DNA of 63,117 nucleotides, filler included, from Choristocarpus tenellus KU-1152 (taxonomy: Eukaryota > Protista > Phaeophyceae): assembly GCA_964200185.2 (NCBI GenBank). It is 9 parts of 9 records of this genome, joined end to end, with 100 filler letters (N's around TTAATTAATTAA, not from the genome) between each part and the next. Parts side by side here need not be neighbours in the genome. Positions count along the whole stretch, not along the records: positions 24,136 to 37,609 come from CAXNAD020001482.1; 8 more parts are not named here. One strand, written 5' to 3'. The notes beneath the pieces were generated by a model, which made no database searches, was not told the DNA's origin, and saw only the letters and a program-made list of their open reading frames with translations. The position numbers and the translations under genes are program-made. Positions 24,243 to 37,573 of this stretch are shown in pieces; within the stretch, counting starts at the first letter, position 1, and each line of letters opens with the position of its first letter.

Positions 24243-26565
24243 GATGTGGTTGACTTGGGTGTGGGAGTGCTCTCAATGGAAAGAGGGCGTAGTGAGGAGA
24301 CCACACTTGCTAGGCGAGGGGCAGCCTTCCTGTTGAACAGGTTATTGCAAGGAGCTGGGGCTGACATGCTGCAGGTGGGTGGTTTGGTTTTAGTGGAGCA
24401 AACATTTTTCTTTAGCGAACCCACAGTTTTGATCCTCCGTGTCATTTGTGTTTGCTTGCTTGCATAGATGTCAAAGGCTTTGGTGAGCACATTCACAAGT
24501 GGTTGTTCTTTTTTTAAAAGAACATTTGAAGGATTGCAATTCATACAGTGTGCAGAATATCCTATTGTTTATTTCAGAAAAAAAAAGTGTCCTTCAGGTG
24601 TCGAGGTCATGGATCCAACAAATCCATCTGGACTAATTCTTGCCTGCCCCTGCACTTCACATCAACCTGTGCATTTTCAGGAAGCACAAACACATCTTAA
24701 TGTTTGAAATGATCTTGTGTTGGAAATACCCTGCTGTTCAAAGGTTTAGAGCTAGACCCTTTCGCTTGTGTGCTACCTCCTCGCAACTTTTGTTGCAGCT
24801 GATTGGTTTAAGGTTAGGGTGAAAGGGTACAACTGTGCACATGGTGGACAAATCATGCATGTTTAAGTATCTCATTTGTGCTTTAAAATAAGTAGAAAAA
24901 AACCACGAATTTTGTATGTCAAGGTTGACGGAGTAGTTAAGATTTACGGACCATTTCTACTCAGGAATCTTGTACCACAAATTGTGTATTGAGTAGGACT
25001 CAGTGTTGAGGAATGATCTATACATGTCACAACTTGTCGATACAACATTTGTTAGTTAACATGTGCACATGATTTGTAGATATTGCTCACTATGTTGTCA
25101 ACATGTACAAACGAATTATCCCTACCTCATCTTCATGTACATCTTTGATCTTGTTATTTTTGTGATTTGTGGTTAATAATGATTGTGTACAATAGTTAAG
25201 TTTCTGCTACTGCAGTTATGTACAATACTTGGTTCCCTTGTTCTATGGTAGCAGTAGTTACGTTTATAGTGTGTTCCAGGGTAATACTCCTCTTTCCCAA
25301 CGGGCATGCTATGGGAGGCCTGGTAGTGGACTGGGTGACGTGGTATCTTCAGTGTGATATGTCCCCAGGTTCAATTCCTGCTGGGGTCGCCCTTTTTTGT
25401 CAAGTTGATAAAATGTTTGACCTGTACGGACAAATGATTTGTCTATACTACATTACTATCTGCAAAACATGTACAAATGATTTCCTGGTATGAGCTCGTT
25501 GGGTTAATCCCTCCCCATTGATTTGCACTTGTGAGCACAAGTTGTACAAATTACATACAGTCTGGGGATTCATCAACATCTCATCAGGTGTTTGGAAGAT
25601 TTGTCCCACACCACGCTCAGATTCATACATAATAGGTAGAAATGATTTGGGGTCCACAAATGAAGAAGTTAACTCCTAAATGTTTGATTTGTGAGGATGT
25701 GCCCCAACATGTGCAACTAACTCAGATTTTTTATAATGGGAATGACCTTTGATTGATCGGAAATTGGTTTGTACACCACAAATCGGATTTAATGGGTCCA
25801 ACATTTGCAACTTTACTGTTACTGTCTAGAGCATTGTGGCAGCTGTGCGGAAAGTGTAAGAGGGTGCATGCAAATCCGTCTCAAAAGCACAAAAGCTGAT
25901 ACTATGTGTAACAATGTGCAAATTGTATGTTCTGGTGTATGTAGTTATATACTTGTACTTCAAATTATATAAAAACTTGGTTGAACAGAATGGATGAGAG
26001 GTGAAACCGCCACTTCCTTGCTGAGACAGAATGTTCAAGGAATATTCCACCACATATGACCGCCCCTCACAGCCTTGCACATCTTCATAATGGACCAACC
26101 AGGGGTACAAAAAGTCATGTCAGCTTGTTGGAGGGTACCTGAGAATTGCACAAACACACAGTGGTGGCCGCTGACTGCTGCAGGACCATAGAAGATGTAT
26201 CCCTATCCTAGAATATTCCTGGATGCTCTTGAGTAGAACGGATGAGAGTTGAACTGACTTTTTTTTCAACTCTTAAGTTACGTGCCATCATCGCTGAAGC
26301 CAACTTTGATGTTCACTTTCTCGTCCTTGTTCTTATTTTATTATTTTTTCCTCCTGTGTATTTCCTGCCTACTCAGATTTTTTCGGACCAGATCAAGGAG
26401 GTTTATCACACCTTGAAAAGGGCAGCAGAATCTGACATTGATGGACCCACAAGAGAGCATGCCCTAACTGGCCTTGGGTATATTGACATAGCCCTCCGGG
26501 GTCAAATGTTTACTGAGAACAAAGCACCTCAAGGAGAGCACCATCCAGGCATAACAATGTTATAG
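24243..26565 (+). CDS. TANGO6: TANGO6/Rtp1 (RNA polymerase II assembly factor) last two exons, 24243-24374 and 26377-26565 (5' partial)
   Basis: DVVDLGVGVLSMERGRSEETTLARRGAAFLLNRLLQGAGADMLQ|IFSDQIKEVYHTLKRAAESDIDGPTREHALTGLGYIDIALRGQMF... matches the TANGO6 C-terminus pattern (RRAA..L..LL.G; ..Y..LK.....D.D.....HA..AL..LD). The join is a phase-0 GT-AG intron. Confidence 0.75.
25317..25398 (+). pseudogene. Degenerate tRNA-like sequence (tRNA pseudogene or tRNA-derived SINE head) in the TANGO6 intron
   Basis: A-box-like tggtagtggactgg, stem gtatc/gatat, T-arm cagg-ttcaatt-cctg (B box ggttcaattcc), imperfect acceptor stem, then T6. Confidence 0.5.
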
Positions 26566-27981
26566 TGTGGCATACAATGATTTAGGGGTCATTTTTACTT
26601 CCGTGCGTTTTAGAGCGGTTGGTAGATGTACAAAATGAGCATCACACAACTTTTGCCTTCATCTGTTTATCACTGTATAATTGTGATACCGGTCTCGAAA
26701 CTCAACAGAGCTTTTATGCATCCCAATTCTACATTCAAAGCCTTTTATAATCGATAACATTAGATGTTTCCTTATCTTTCCGTTCTTCTGCAAACAGAGC
26801 ATCTAGTTGTGGCACAGTTGTAACCCTTGATTTAACTTGGAGATAACAAGACCAAATCACTGCCTCTACCACTATAAAATTGCATCTGAGCTGTTCATGA
26901 CCAGGAAGAACACTGTGTTCTTGTCAACAATAGGCACTACAAGAACTTCACCACTCCAAAGAACCAACTGTTTGGGTTGTCATTTTTATGTTCTTGGTTT
27001 AGATTACATTTCTACACAATCAGCGTGACTATCCTCATCTTGTGCTCAAATATATGTGTGGCAAAGGAGGATGCCAATACAGATAGCACCCCCCCTTTGT
27101 ATTTATACTACCATATTATTAGGAGAGGATGTGCTACACTGTCCTGATGACTGCTTCTACATACATTTGACAGGCATCAAAAAACGGAATGAAAGTTCAA
27201 AATATCTACGCTTGAGAAGGCTTTGATGCCACCTGTCAGAAGCAATACATGCTGACAGAATTTCGGACCCATTATCTACCATGGTATTTTTTCAAACTAA
27301 ATAGTGTACCTTGGCTTGTTTGTGAACACGTGCTGGGGGCAAAGGACCACCTTACCAAATATCTTGTCCCCCACAACAGCATATGCACACAATGGTCACA
27401 TGCAGCATTTATAAGGTACTTCCTTGCATTCCCCAGGGACCATGCTCACTCTTGAGACCTACAACAACTTATCAACACTTCCGATTACTGCTAGACAAAA
27501 ATAAATATGCAGGCTAGTCTAAATTCCAAGGGTAAGAAGTGGGAGGGAGGGAAGGGGAGGGGGGTGGGGAGGCAACCACACCAGTTGCTACCCTTTGATA
27601 TGCATATGGAAAGCGACCACTGATGCCAACCAGTACAACCCAGTGTCTCTACTACCATTACGCATTATGAGTCGATCACACTGCTACATCTGACTGTCAC
27701 AGCATCCGGAATAAAAGTAAAAAAGTACAGACCCAAATTTTAGTGCTGTTGTTTACATGTCTCTTTTCTCTACCTTGAGGAGGTGGGGTGTAAGGGAAGG
27801 TACAGTGTTAGCACAAAGGCATCGCCTAACCGAACCCAAGAAAGGTTGCACCCCATTCACATTCCACAAATCAAAAGCACAAACCACTAGAAGTGTATGG
27901 TAGGCACCTCGACCATACCACAGGCTTTGTCCCTCAAATAACACCCCACATCAACAGCTACAACACATGAGCAAATTTCAC

Positions 27982-29813
27982 TCAAGATGATGTCGTCACG
28001 TTTGTTGGCACATCCAAGATCTTGGACAGACGAGTAATTTCAGCAGGAGAGAATGAGGCCAGCACCTTACCCCCCTGCTTCAATGTGAGGACACCATCCT
28101 TGGCTGCAGCGACAGTGCACTTCTTGCAGGCACTACCCTGTGAAGTGCCACTCCGCCAGTATTCCGTCATTGGAAACTCAGAGGGTGCCTCCCCAGCCCT
28201 TACTACAATGTCGCCATCAGCTACCAATGAGTAGAGGCGGTCCAATAAAGAGAAGTTGTGAGTACAAGAGGGTTCTGCTCAGGTGATTTGCAGGGCAAGA
28301 GGTGTCTTGATAGCAAGTGTGCACTATTTGGTACGAGAGCATTCGTGAGTTTCATCTGAACAATCTTATGAACAGGTAGTAACTGCTGAGGGGTTAGGAA
28401 GGGTCTGCCGGGGGTGATAATTTCACACAAATAACAGGGGTGAATCACACAGGCAAAAGGAATCGGAGTTGCATATACAAATATGAGTTGCTGAATCAAC
28501 CAGAATTATAGTCATTGGCATCTAGAGTGTGCATTCGCAAAAAGCATTTGTCAAAGCAATAACAACTAAAAGAGATGAACAATCTTCTTGTTGCATATTG
28601 GTGGAGTGAGTACACAAAAGACTATTACCTACATCAAACCAACAAATAGAGACCTGGTGCTATCATAGTAGATGCACATCAAGATTTACAGCTGCAGAAA
28701 GTGCCTATTTAATGCAGCTACTGAAAAATTGGCAACATATAGTATTGGGATATATAGAACCCAAAACATGGTGACAAGAAAGAGTCGACAGAAAATCTCT
28801 CCCAATATATGATTGGTTTGATTTACCTGATATGCCTATAAAACCCCAAGTAGGACGTATTCACACACTTCCAAAAAAAAAGCTGTGCAAATGTCAACAG
28901 GGCGTGGCGCCATCTAACTAGTAACTTCATGCTAGATGCCTGTGCCCAGCTTAGTGGCAGTCAGGCACGATGGTTTACGTTACGATCTGTATCCTCTCCT
29001 AATGCCTACAGGTAAGTCGGTGCTTCGGCAATGATGACTGCGCGAGCACCATCTTTTATCTTTCGCCACACCATTGGCTTCTCCCAAGGATCGCACCCAC
29101 CTTCAAGAATCATATGGTGAGACGTGGTTCCCTTGTAAGCTCCACTGGCGATCTTGAAAGGGATAGGGATTGGAACGAGCGTGGGCATACTGGAGTACAG
29201 GTACAGATAGCGAAGAGCTATCGCGACCAAAACCACAACCAATGCCGTGCCCGCATGGCCCGTGTGGTCCTGTGTGTTCAGGTTGAGAATGAGGAAGCAA
29301 AGTGAACACCTGCCTTGTAAGCGGAGTGTGATACCGATCACCTCTCTTGTCACATCAAGGCCATGCCTGTACTCTAACGGATTGTCATCAAACAACACGA
29401 TTGATTGATATAAGACGCCTCTGCTCCCGTTTCCTTCACCTTGCCCTTTTGCACGGAGCCTTCCTGGGTGTCGCCAGCTCCTGCCTCGCCTTCAGGCACA
29501 GTAGGGGCAGATGGGGTGGCGACCGCCGTTGCCACTGCCAAAGTTTCCTCTGCCTTCTTCCCGGCTGCTTCGGTTACCTAGTAAGGCGTGAGGCAAGGTT
29601 GTGATTCATGGTGTAATTAATCGTGCCACGTATCTTGTAAAAGTCACTAAGGAAATTCATACTTCGAGATAGCCAAGAAAAATACACAAACAAGACCACC
29701 CTCACCCACAACCTTGATACAAGCAACGAAGAGACAAGACGTACATTTTCGCTACGTAAAGTACTGGGAAAACAAAAACGCCACATACCACAACCTAACT
29801 TGCTGCTAGACAT
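27982..29813 (-). CDS. Type II membrane protein with a C-terminal bulb-type (B/GNA) lectin-like segment; exons ~29813-29789 (uncertain), ~29577-29440, 29269-29101, 28220-27982
   Basis: The in-phase exons give a low-complexity N-terminus, the TM segment TALVVVLVAIALRYLYLY, then HHMILEADGDIVVRAG..EYWRSGTSQGSACKKCTVAAAKDGVLTLKQGGKVLASF. This resembles the L.MQ.DGNLV...W.SGT...C......DG.L.L bulb-lectin repeat. The 5' end is unresolved. Confidence 0.6.
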
Positions 29814-30528
29814 CCTGGGCTACTAATTTGGGTTTAAATGACTTGTGACGGTCTTAGAGGGCGCATACATCAGTCGCATTATCCTTAACAACGGGTATTC
29901 GGGCACTATTGAATTACAGGACGCTAAAACCTGATCCCGGCATTAATATCTTCCCTATGTTACCACGAGAACATTCCCTTCACTCGTTGTCAACTTGCAC
30001 TGAGACGGGTACAAGGAGCATTCTACTTGTACTGAAGAGCCATTGCAAGAATTTGATCTGTCATTTTTGGGACACCCTCTCTCACTCAGCCTACCTTGCC
30101 GGTATCAACAGTTCCTGGTTTAGTCGTAGCCATTGTGCACAACGGGTAGATACGTGGGTGTGGTTTAGTCTATAGGGAGGCAAATGTGGTTTTGTGTTGT
30201 GAACAGAACACAGCGGCTTGAATTATCGATAGTGGTGTGAAGTGTCAGATGTCTAGATAGATCACAGTGCAAGTTAGAAAAAAGTGCATTTGATATTTGA
30301 TATTTGAACTAAAGTATAAAGTATTGAAGAAATAAAAGAGACATTCGTGGGCGGTATCACGGTACAATCAACAAGAAGAGTCAACCATATTTTGCTTCAT
30401 ACCGCACTCTGAATATTCAAATGAACTCATCTACATACAACTCACTACTCACTAATGTGAACGGTAATGGTTGATCAACACCAACAAATTTAGACAATTT
30501 AAATAACGAGGTGGTGCATCATCCAACC

Positions 30529-32157
30529 ATGAGTAAGTATGAACTACATGATGCCTGCTATGCTGGCGACCTTGCGCTGGTGAAGATTTTTTTACAAGAC
30601 TCTGGGGAAAGTGTGAATATCCCTGGACCAAAGAAGGTTAACTAATTTATGAAGTTTTTGGTTTGGTCTCTATGTTGAACCTGTTTGCCTCTCTGCGTTT
30701 CCCTCTTTTTCTAATCAAAGCTCACTCGAAGTTCTAATGCCTCTTTTTCCAATCGCAGCTCTGATCTTGTCACTCACCCATGTCTTGTCTATGTTCAAAC
30801 TGGTGCGCCACCTCGTCTTTGGTCTAACCCACCGAAACAGCGAACCCCATTGCATTATGCATCAAAAGGTGAGCTGTGGAAAGTTCAACTCCTTCTTGTG
30901 GCATGGTCATTGTGTCACCGCTGTACGCACGGTCTTATTTACTCTTAGAAATGGTATGAGTACGATGGTTGAGTAGTACACACCTCCTTGGCGTTTAAGT
31001 TGTGCAATGATGCCTACCAGTTACGTCTGTACATACCTATAGTGGTACGTTAGAACTTATTGCTTTCGTGCATGTTGTTTTGTGGCCTCTCAACCGATGC
31101 TTCAACATCTTACTGATAATCCAAAACGATTTACATCGCAGGAAACCATCCCGACATCGCAAGCCTATTGATATCATCTGGAGCAAACATGGAAGCACGA
31201 ACTGCATATAAAATGACTCCCCTTCACGTGGCCGCTTTTTATGGAAGTGCTGCTGTAGTGGAGCGCTTGATCACCAAGTACGAGGTCGAGTTGAATGCCT
31301 CGGACTTTGGTGCCTGTAAGTGCTTGAGAGGATGTGAGGTTTGCAAGTCATACCCCTCTATTTGATGCACTGTGCTGTCGAATCTCAAATGCAACTTTAA
31401 GACGCAAGTCCTTGTAACCTATGCGGCAAAGGTGAGAATATGAGATGAGTTTAAGACATTAGTTGGAAGTAGTAAGAAACGTTGAACATAGCAGGCATCA
31501 GCACGTACCCAAATCAGCAGCCACTATAGTTTGGAACGGAATTTGGAATGAAAACCTTCTTTTCTGTGATAACTGCAATCTTCCAGGGACTCCTCTTCAC
31601 TACTCATGTCACTACAATTGGCCTGAGGTGTCACTACTCCTCATAAAGCATGGAGCTAGCTTATCCGTCAAGAGTGCAGAGTTACAGTATGTGGCTATCC
31701 ACCTCGGTGAGCATTCAACTCTCAGTATGACTATGTTGTCGCTGTGCCTGGAAGCATCAGTCCTCCTAATCGTTTTTTTTTTGTGATATCCATGAACACT
31801 GTAGGAGGATTAACATACATGCTGATGAAATTATCACTACACTATTTTTCTAACAAGGAAAATTGAAATTGGTGACTGCTCTACTTGTCTACAGCGGCAC
31901 GGGCAGGTGATTTACCAACAGTGAAGGCGCTTGTGGCAAAGGGTGCTAATGTGAACAAGCGAAACAGCTTGCGCCTGACACCATTACATCTGGCTTGTCA
32001 AAATAACAACACTGATGTGGTTCGCTATTTGCTGGAACAGGGAGCCTCCAGTGATATTCGTGATGAGGCAGGAATAACCCCAGCACAGCTCACCAGGCGC
32101 CAGGAGATTTTGGATCTTCTTAAGGGCAGTAGTGACCATGCAGTAACTGGACATTAA
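30529..32157 (+). CDS. Ankyrin-repeat protein (230 aa); exons 30529-30636, 30841-30868, 31142-31315, 31587-31706, 31895-32157
   Basis: All introns are GT-AG and in phase. Repeats: ELHDACYAGDL, RTPLHYASKGNH, MTPLHVAAFYGS, WTPLHYSCHYNW, VAIHLAARAGDL, LTPLHLACQNNN. Confidence 0.93.
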
Positions 32158-32458
32158 ATTTTTTTGTACTGCCTCATCTTTAAATGTTGCTCTCATTTAA
32201 AATATCATGCACGGTAGTTTTGTACAATTGAAGAGTTCCTTTTCAGTGTGTATTTGTTGTGTTTTAGGGAAAGTTATTTGAAACTCCCTCACCTACATCT
32301 GTACTGCGTAAAGTGTATCCATCACCATGGCATTTCATTTGTCAGTTCCATTTGTTCATACACGACTGGAAATGCTTCATATTGATACTCTATTTGTGGA
32401 TCTATAGGAATGAGCACACACCCATATAATTGTGTTTTTTTTATAAGGTGTTTTTGCT

Positions 32459-34755
32459 TCATGTTTGCTGCCGTCTTGGCAGTGCCCTCACATAATTTAG
32501 TTTTTCTCGTGGTGGCAGAGCAAATGGGGCTCCATCATCAAAGTAGAGCATCGAGTCGATCCTCTTGAGGAGAGCCTGCATTCCCAATCCCTTCTTTGCA
32601 GATACACAGATAGCCCCATTAATATTGATCTGAGACTTGCCACAAATATTGAAAGGAGCCCCAATTTGGTGATACCTTCCTTTGTCCAAATCCTGTAAAA
32701 CTTCCATTTCCCTTTCGACTTTTGTAGAATCCCCTGTCATTTCTGTCTGTGTCTTCTCCTGGTCTTTTGTTGTAGTAGAGGCATGCTTGTCTATTTTGTT
32801 CCACACATCAAGAATGGGGATGTCCGATGCCCCTATTTGATCCAATATGGACATCACAGCGATCTTCTGTTCATCAGAGACCCTGACCTCAGCACTAGCA
32901 TCCCGCACATGTAGGATGAGATCAGCATGTCGTACCTCATCAAGTGTTGCCCGGAATGCATGCACCATGGCTAGGGGAAGGTCCCTAATGAAGCCAACAG
33001 TGTCTACCATTTGGCACCTGTGAACCAAGTCCGGTGGAAGGGGACATGGAAGAGGTGAAGGATTTGTGCTTACGTATATACAATATTAAGTCATCGTCTG
33101 AAAGAGGACTACTATGGAGGACATTGCCGTAAAATATTGAGGTTAACAAAATCCTTTCACCTTCCAGGGATGAATACACCAGGTCGTGACCCCTTTCATA
33201 GATTGGTCTGTTTTCATGTCACTGAATAACCGACAGAGTGAGTTCATTGGAAGCAAATGAGGACTAGATACTGGCATCATTTGCACACGACCACATTGCG
33301 CATGTTGGAAGCATTGCCTACAAAACTCGAAAAATGGAAACATTTTCACTGGTACTTTTACAAGGAAGTTCACACATGACAAAAGTACCAAAATTCCTGG
33401 TGTGTGTCGGTTTACGTACCAACCAAGTTGTCCAAGCATCAAAATATTCCCATTGAACTTATGGCAGAACCAGGTAAATATTGTTACATGGTGTTCAAAG
33501 CACTCTCAAGAACTTGGGCTACAAGATTCTTCCACTGGCATACATTACGCACCTGGCCAAAGACGGAAGCGTGATGGCCCTAACTGTTGGATCAAGGGTA
33601 TCAAATAAGCGGTCATTTGCATCAACCTGACTCCTTGCCCCACTTCTCTTGGACAAGTGGTTTAGGAGGGAAGACTTTCCCACATTGGTGTACCCCACCA
33701 GTGCAACAGAAGGCTCCTGCCTCTGATACCTGCCCCGCCTATGCATTTCCCTTCGTCTCTTCACACTCTCCAGCTTTTTAGTGACATCTGTTATACGATC
33801 CCTCAGCAAGCGCCTCTTGGTTTCCAGATCCTTCTCACCTGATCCACCAACTGCCCCAAGATTTCCCCTTTGGCGGTCATACCCACTGACACGCCCAGAG
33901 CTTGAGCTGACTAGGAGTGCAACCTGCTGCTTTAAACTTGCTAGTTCAACCTGAGGGAAGGCAGAATCTCTTGTGGAGGAAGTCGAATTCAAAAGACATT
34001 CTTTGTTGCACAATTTCATGAGCACACTAGGTCAAATCCTGTTCTATACACTGCATTATATATATTAGCGTAATGACCTGAAACATAAGATTTGACGAAA
34101 CCTCACAGCACAACTGCTTGAATAGAGAATATCAAAATGCTCCAAGTTGAAAAGGCATGACTCTCAAGTCCACCTGTAGTTTGGCTTCCGTTGTTCTTGC
34201 TCTCTCTGCGAAAATTTGAAGGATGACCATAAAACGGTCAAGCACAAGAGCACCATCCCAGCGCTGTTGAAGGGCCTTATGCTGTGCACCAGAGAGTGAC
34301 CCATTGATGAAGATGGCATCAGCATTGGCGGCCTCAATAAGACCGTGCAACTCGCTGGTCTTCCCACTTCCAAACATCCACTTTGGATGAACTTTTCGGA
34401 CAGGGACAACCTGTTGTTTTATAGGTATGAAGTTGGGAAAGGGGAAGTGACCGGGAATCTGCATGCTCGTAACCAGCTGCATAATTTTTTCTACCCAATT
34501 AGCCTATTTGAGGACCGAAAGATGAAGATAGTGGTTGTTATGCATTACCAAGGTAGACAACCACGATGTCCACGGCACCTCATCTATGACGACATTGAAA
34601 CCCAACGTGTCTGCAAGGGCAATAGCTTCCTCAAGTCTATTCTGCGCATCACGACGGCACCAAGGCTGGAGTTGGAATCCCTTTTCAGGGACATTATCTT
34701 GAGCCTTACGATTTTGCTGCGGCAATCCTTTGAGCAGCGGTTGAAGTACGGCCAC
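32459..34755 (-). CDS. hflX: HflX-family GTPase (GTPBP6-like); exons 34755-34579, 34410-34174, 33950-33553, 33017-32459; first exon(s) unresolved
   Basis: N-domain FGSGK, LSGAQ..L, VLDRFMVILQIFAERARTTEAKLQVELA, GGSGE. G1 VGYTNVGKSSLLN, G2 LFDTLDPT, G3 DTVGFIRDLP...AFRATL, G4 NKID, G5 VSAK. Confidence 0.95.
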
Positions 34756-35499
34756 CTGTTGCCAATATGAAGACCAAGACAGTAACGTGTTGTCTCATAT
34801 ACTTCACCAGACAGATACTCGGATTAACAAAGGGTAAGCAACTATTGCTAATGCACAATAGATACTATTATGCCTTCTGAAATTATGAAGACGCGTCAGG
34901 GGAAATACAAATATTGAAAACACTCCCTACTTTGAGGTCACAGATAAGGACACGCAGTGACAAATCATTCGAAGTGTGAATGGTGTTTAAGTCACGTGAC
35001 TCCAACCCTGAAAATATTTCTACAGCCACCACTCATGTTTAATATGTGCATCTGATTCCAGGTCCCATGTATCGCAGAGATTTGCTCATTTCAGCATGTC
35101 AGCAACGTAATGTTCTACACTGTAAAGGACTGCATGTGGTCTTCACTCTCTCCTCTCATGTTGTCTCCACTTAACGTCAGCAATATCAGCTATCAAGCTA
35201 CCATACTGTCATAGCACCGGGACCTGTACATACATGCAATCACATTATTTCGCTCACCCTGATGCGTTTCCTAGTTGCTGCAAGGAAAGAGGTCATCGGT
35301 CTTGTTATGCACCATATGTATATTGAAAATAATCAGGTCACGTTTCGGAAAGATATTATCCCGAATGTTGTATTGGAGAGATTAACAAAATTACCCCATT
35401 CCTCCCTCTTTCCCCATTCGCCAAACTAGGAAAATGCAATGATTCAATTCCTAAGACAGGCTTATACAGTCTTCTAGACGAGGACGGGGCAGTGATCCG

Positions 35500-37139
35500 A
35501 TGAAGGGCTCTATATTTCGATTTGACAGTACAGCGATGCATCTGCAGTTCATCTTCGAGGTGGCTATGTTTTGGACATACCTTGTTGGATCTGTCACCAG
35601 TATTTCTCAACTTGGGCATGGACACGAAACCGTTGATGTCGAAATCGTATTCCCTAGGACGGATGAACATCTGCCGCAAACTTTTTTTCCTCGGTTCGCT
35701 GTAACTGTGGTGGATGTGGATAGTCTCCTCGAGGTGAGCTCCACGAACATAGAAAGCTATAATGGTCGATAGACAATAATATACACCTCTAGAACAGGAA
35801 AAGATACTCAGTTTCTTCTGTCTCGCTCGATCTCGTATCCAAATTCAATACATCGCACAGGTCCATGGCGAGAATGCCAGTACCCAGCTATGCTATACTG
35901 TGGGGGATGATCCCCCTGTATGTGCAGACCTGTACTTTGCATCTACAAAGAAGGTGGAATACTCCAAAACGGGGCCGGTGACCATGAGGGCTTGGGTCAT
36001 CGATCGTGATGGCATCCAGATCTCAAGATTCGCATCTGTCTCCTTCAAGGTAACACCCTGCGCAAAACCTTTAAATTGTGTCCATCCCTTTGATTAAAAC
36101 ATTTGTTGTCCATTGTTTAAACTTATAATCCAATCCGCATACTGCCTCTACTTCATGGGACTTTAGTATCTTCCAGTCAAAGCTTGTGCGGCTGAGCTGA
36201 CGACTGCATACATCTCATATCAATGTCCAGATTATATCGTTCAACAATATATTCAGAGAGTCGGCAATGGAGCAAGGGTCAGCTCGTGATGAAAGTCTAA
36301 GAGTATGGTACCGAGAGCAGATTAAAGGAGGTGGTGTTACTGTCGCCAGTGCGGCTACAATCCCTGGAGAAATCTTGCCTCAATTCGACACCAATACAGA
36401 CTACCCCAGTGAATCTGGGAGGGTTTGGGACAAATTTGGAGATACAATCGTGGGACAGAAGGTGAATGTCAACCCACTTGCTCGTTCATGCTATAATGAC
36501 AATGCACTTCTTCTTGTGGTTGGCGTGAAATCAACTGTTGGAGGCCTTCAGCGGCGCCAAACCCTTCGGCAAACATGGATGACCACGGACCTAGGAAATT
36601 TCGCCGAGCGGGTGTGCATTCAATTTGTTGTAGGAAATCCAGGGCTTGACTCTCAAGAAGATTTTGTGGCCCTGGAACTGGAACACCAAATATACGGTGA
36701 TATGTTGATTGGGCTGAACGGGCTAGAGGTTGTAGATTCCTACACAACCCTCGTTGAGAAGACTGTCGGGTTTATGTTTCTCGCGATGGAAAGATTTGGA
36801 CCATTTAGGTACCTGATGATGGTAGATGATGATGTTTACCTCAAGCTGAACATCTTGTCTGAGGCCTTAAACAATATGCAATACACCAAACGGTTCTATG
36901 CTGGGCAAGTTTGGGCAAAGGAAATGAAGCAGGTCATTCGCCCCCAGCGTGACCCCCAGCATAAGAATTATCTCCCTCAGGAAAAGTGGCCCATCGAAAT
37001 GCTGCTACCTTTCGCCATTGGTCCACACTATATTCTATCACAAGACTGCGTGGAATTTGTTGTTAAAAACCGGGGATGGCTTCATGGTGTCGGCACTCTA
37101 GAGGATGTGTCCATTGCATTATGGATGCTTGCAATTCAG
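35500..37139 (+). CDS. GT31 beta-1,3-galactosyltransferase-family glycosyltransferase (3' partial); exons 35500-35733, 35861-36049, 36231-37139
   Basis: LLVVGVKS..RRQTLRQTW, FVVG, LELEHQIYGDML, DSYTTLVEKT, MMVDDDVY (DxD), PFAIGPHYILSQD and EDVSIALW are Galactosyl_T motifs. The N-terminus is hydrophobic. Confidence 0.92.
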
Positions 37140-37573
37140 GTGACCAATTCTAATCTCCACCAATGCCCCACATGTCACGAACATGAACAACACAACCCTT
37201 GCGCACCCTAGTTTTACTGGCAGCATTGATTCTTGAACTCCAACAGGTTGACATAGCTCATTTGTATCTGAAAACTGGAATGACTTAGGGTACGCCATTA
37301 CCATCATTACTGCGAGGCTATCGATTTTTTTCTTCTACAACACCCATCACCTGCTCGCTATACTAATAGTCCTACTACATCTCATTGTATTGTATGTATG
37401 TGCTATGTAGTAGGTGGTATCATACTGCTTATAGCTCTAGCCATAACTCTTTGACCAATGTGCAGAAAGTGGGAAAGACACTATTTTGTGGTTGTGCCAT
37501 TGGATGGTAAACCTCTCCTTGATGATCAACCCCTCCATCCCTTAGTATAAAGTTGAAGTTGCAATAGCATTAT

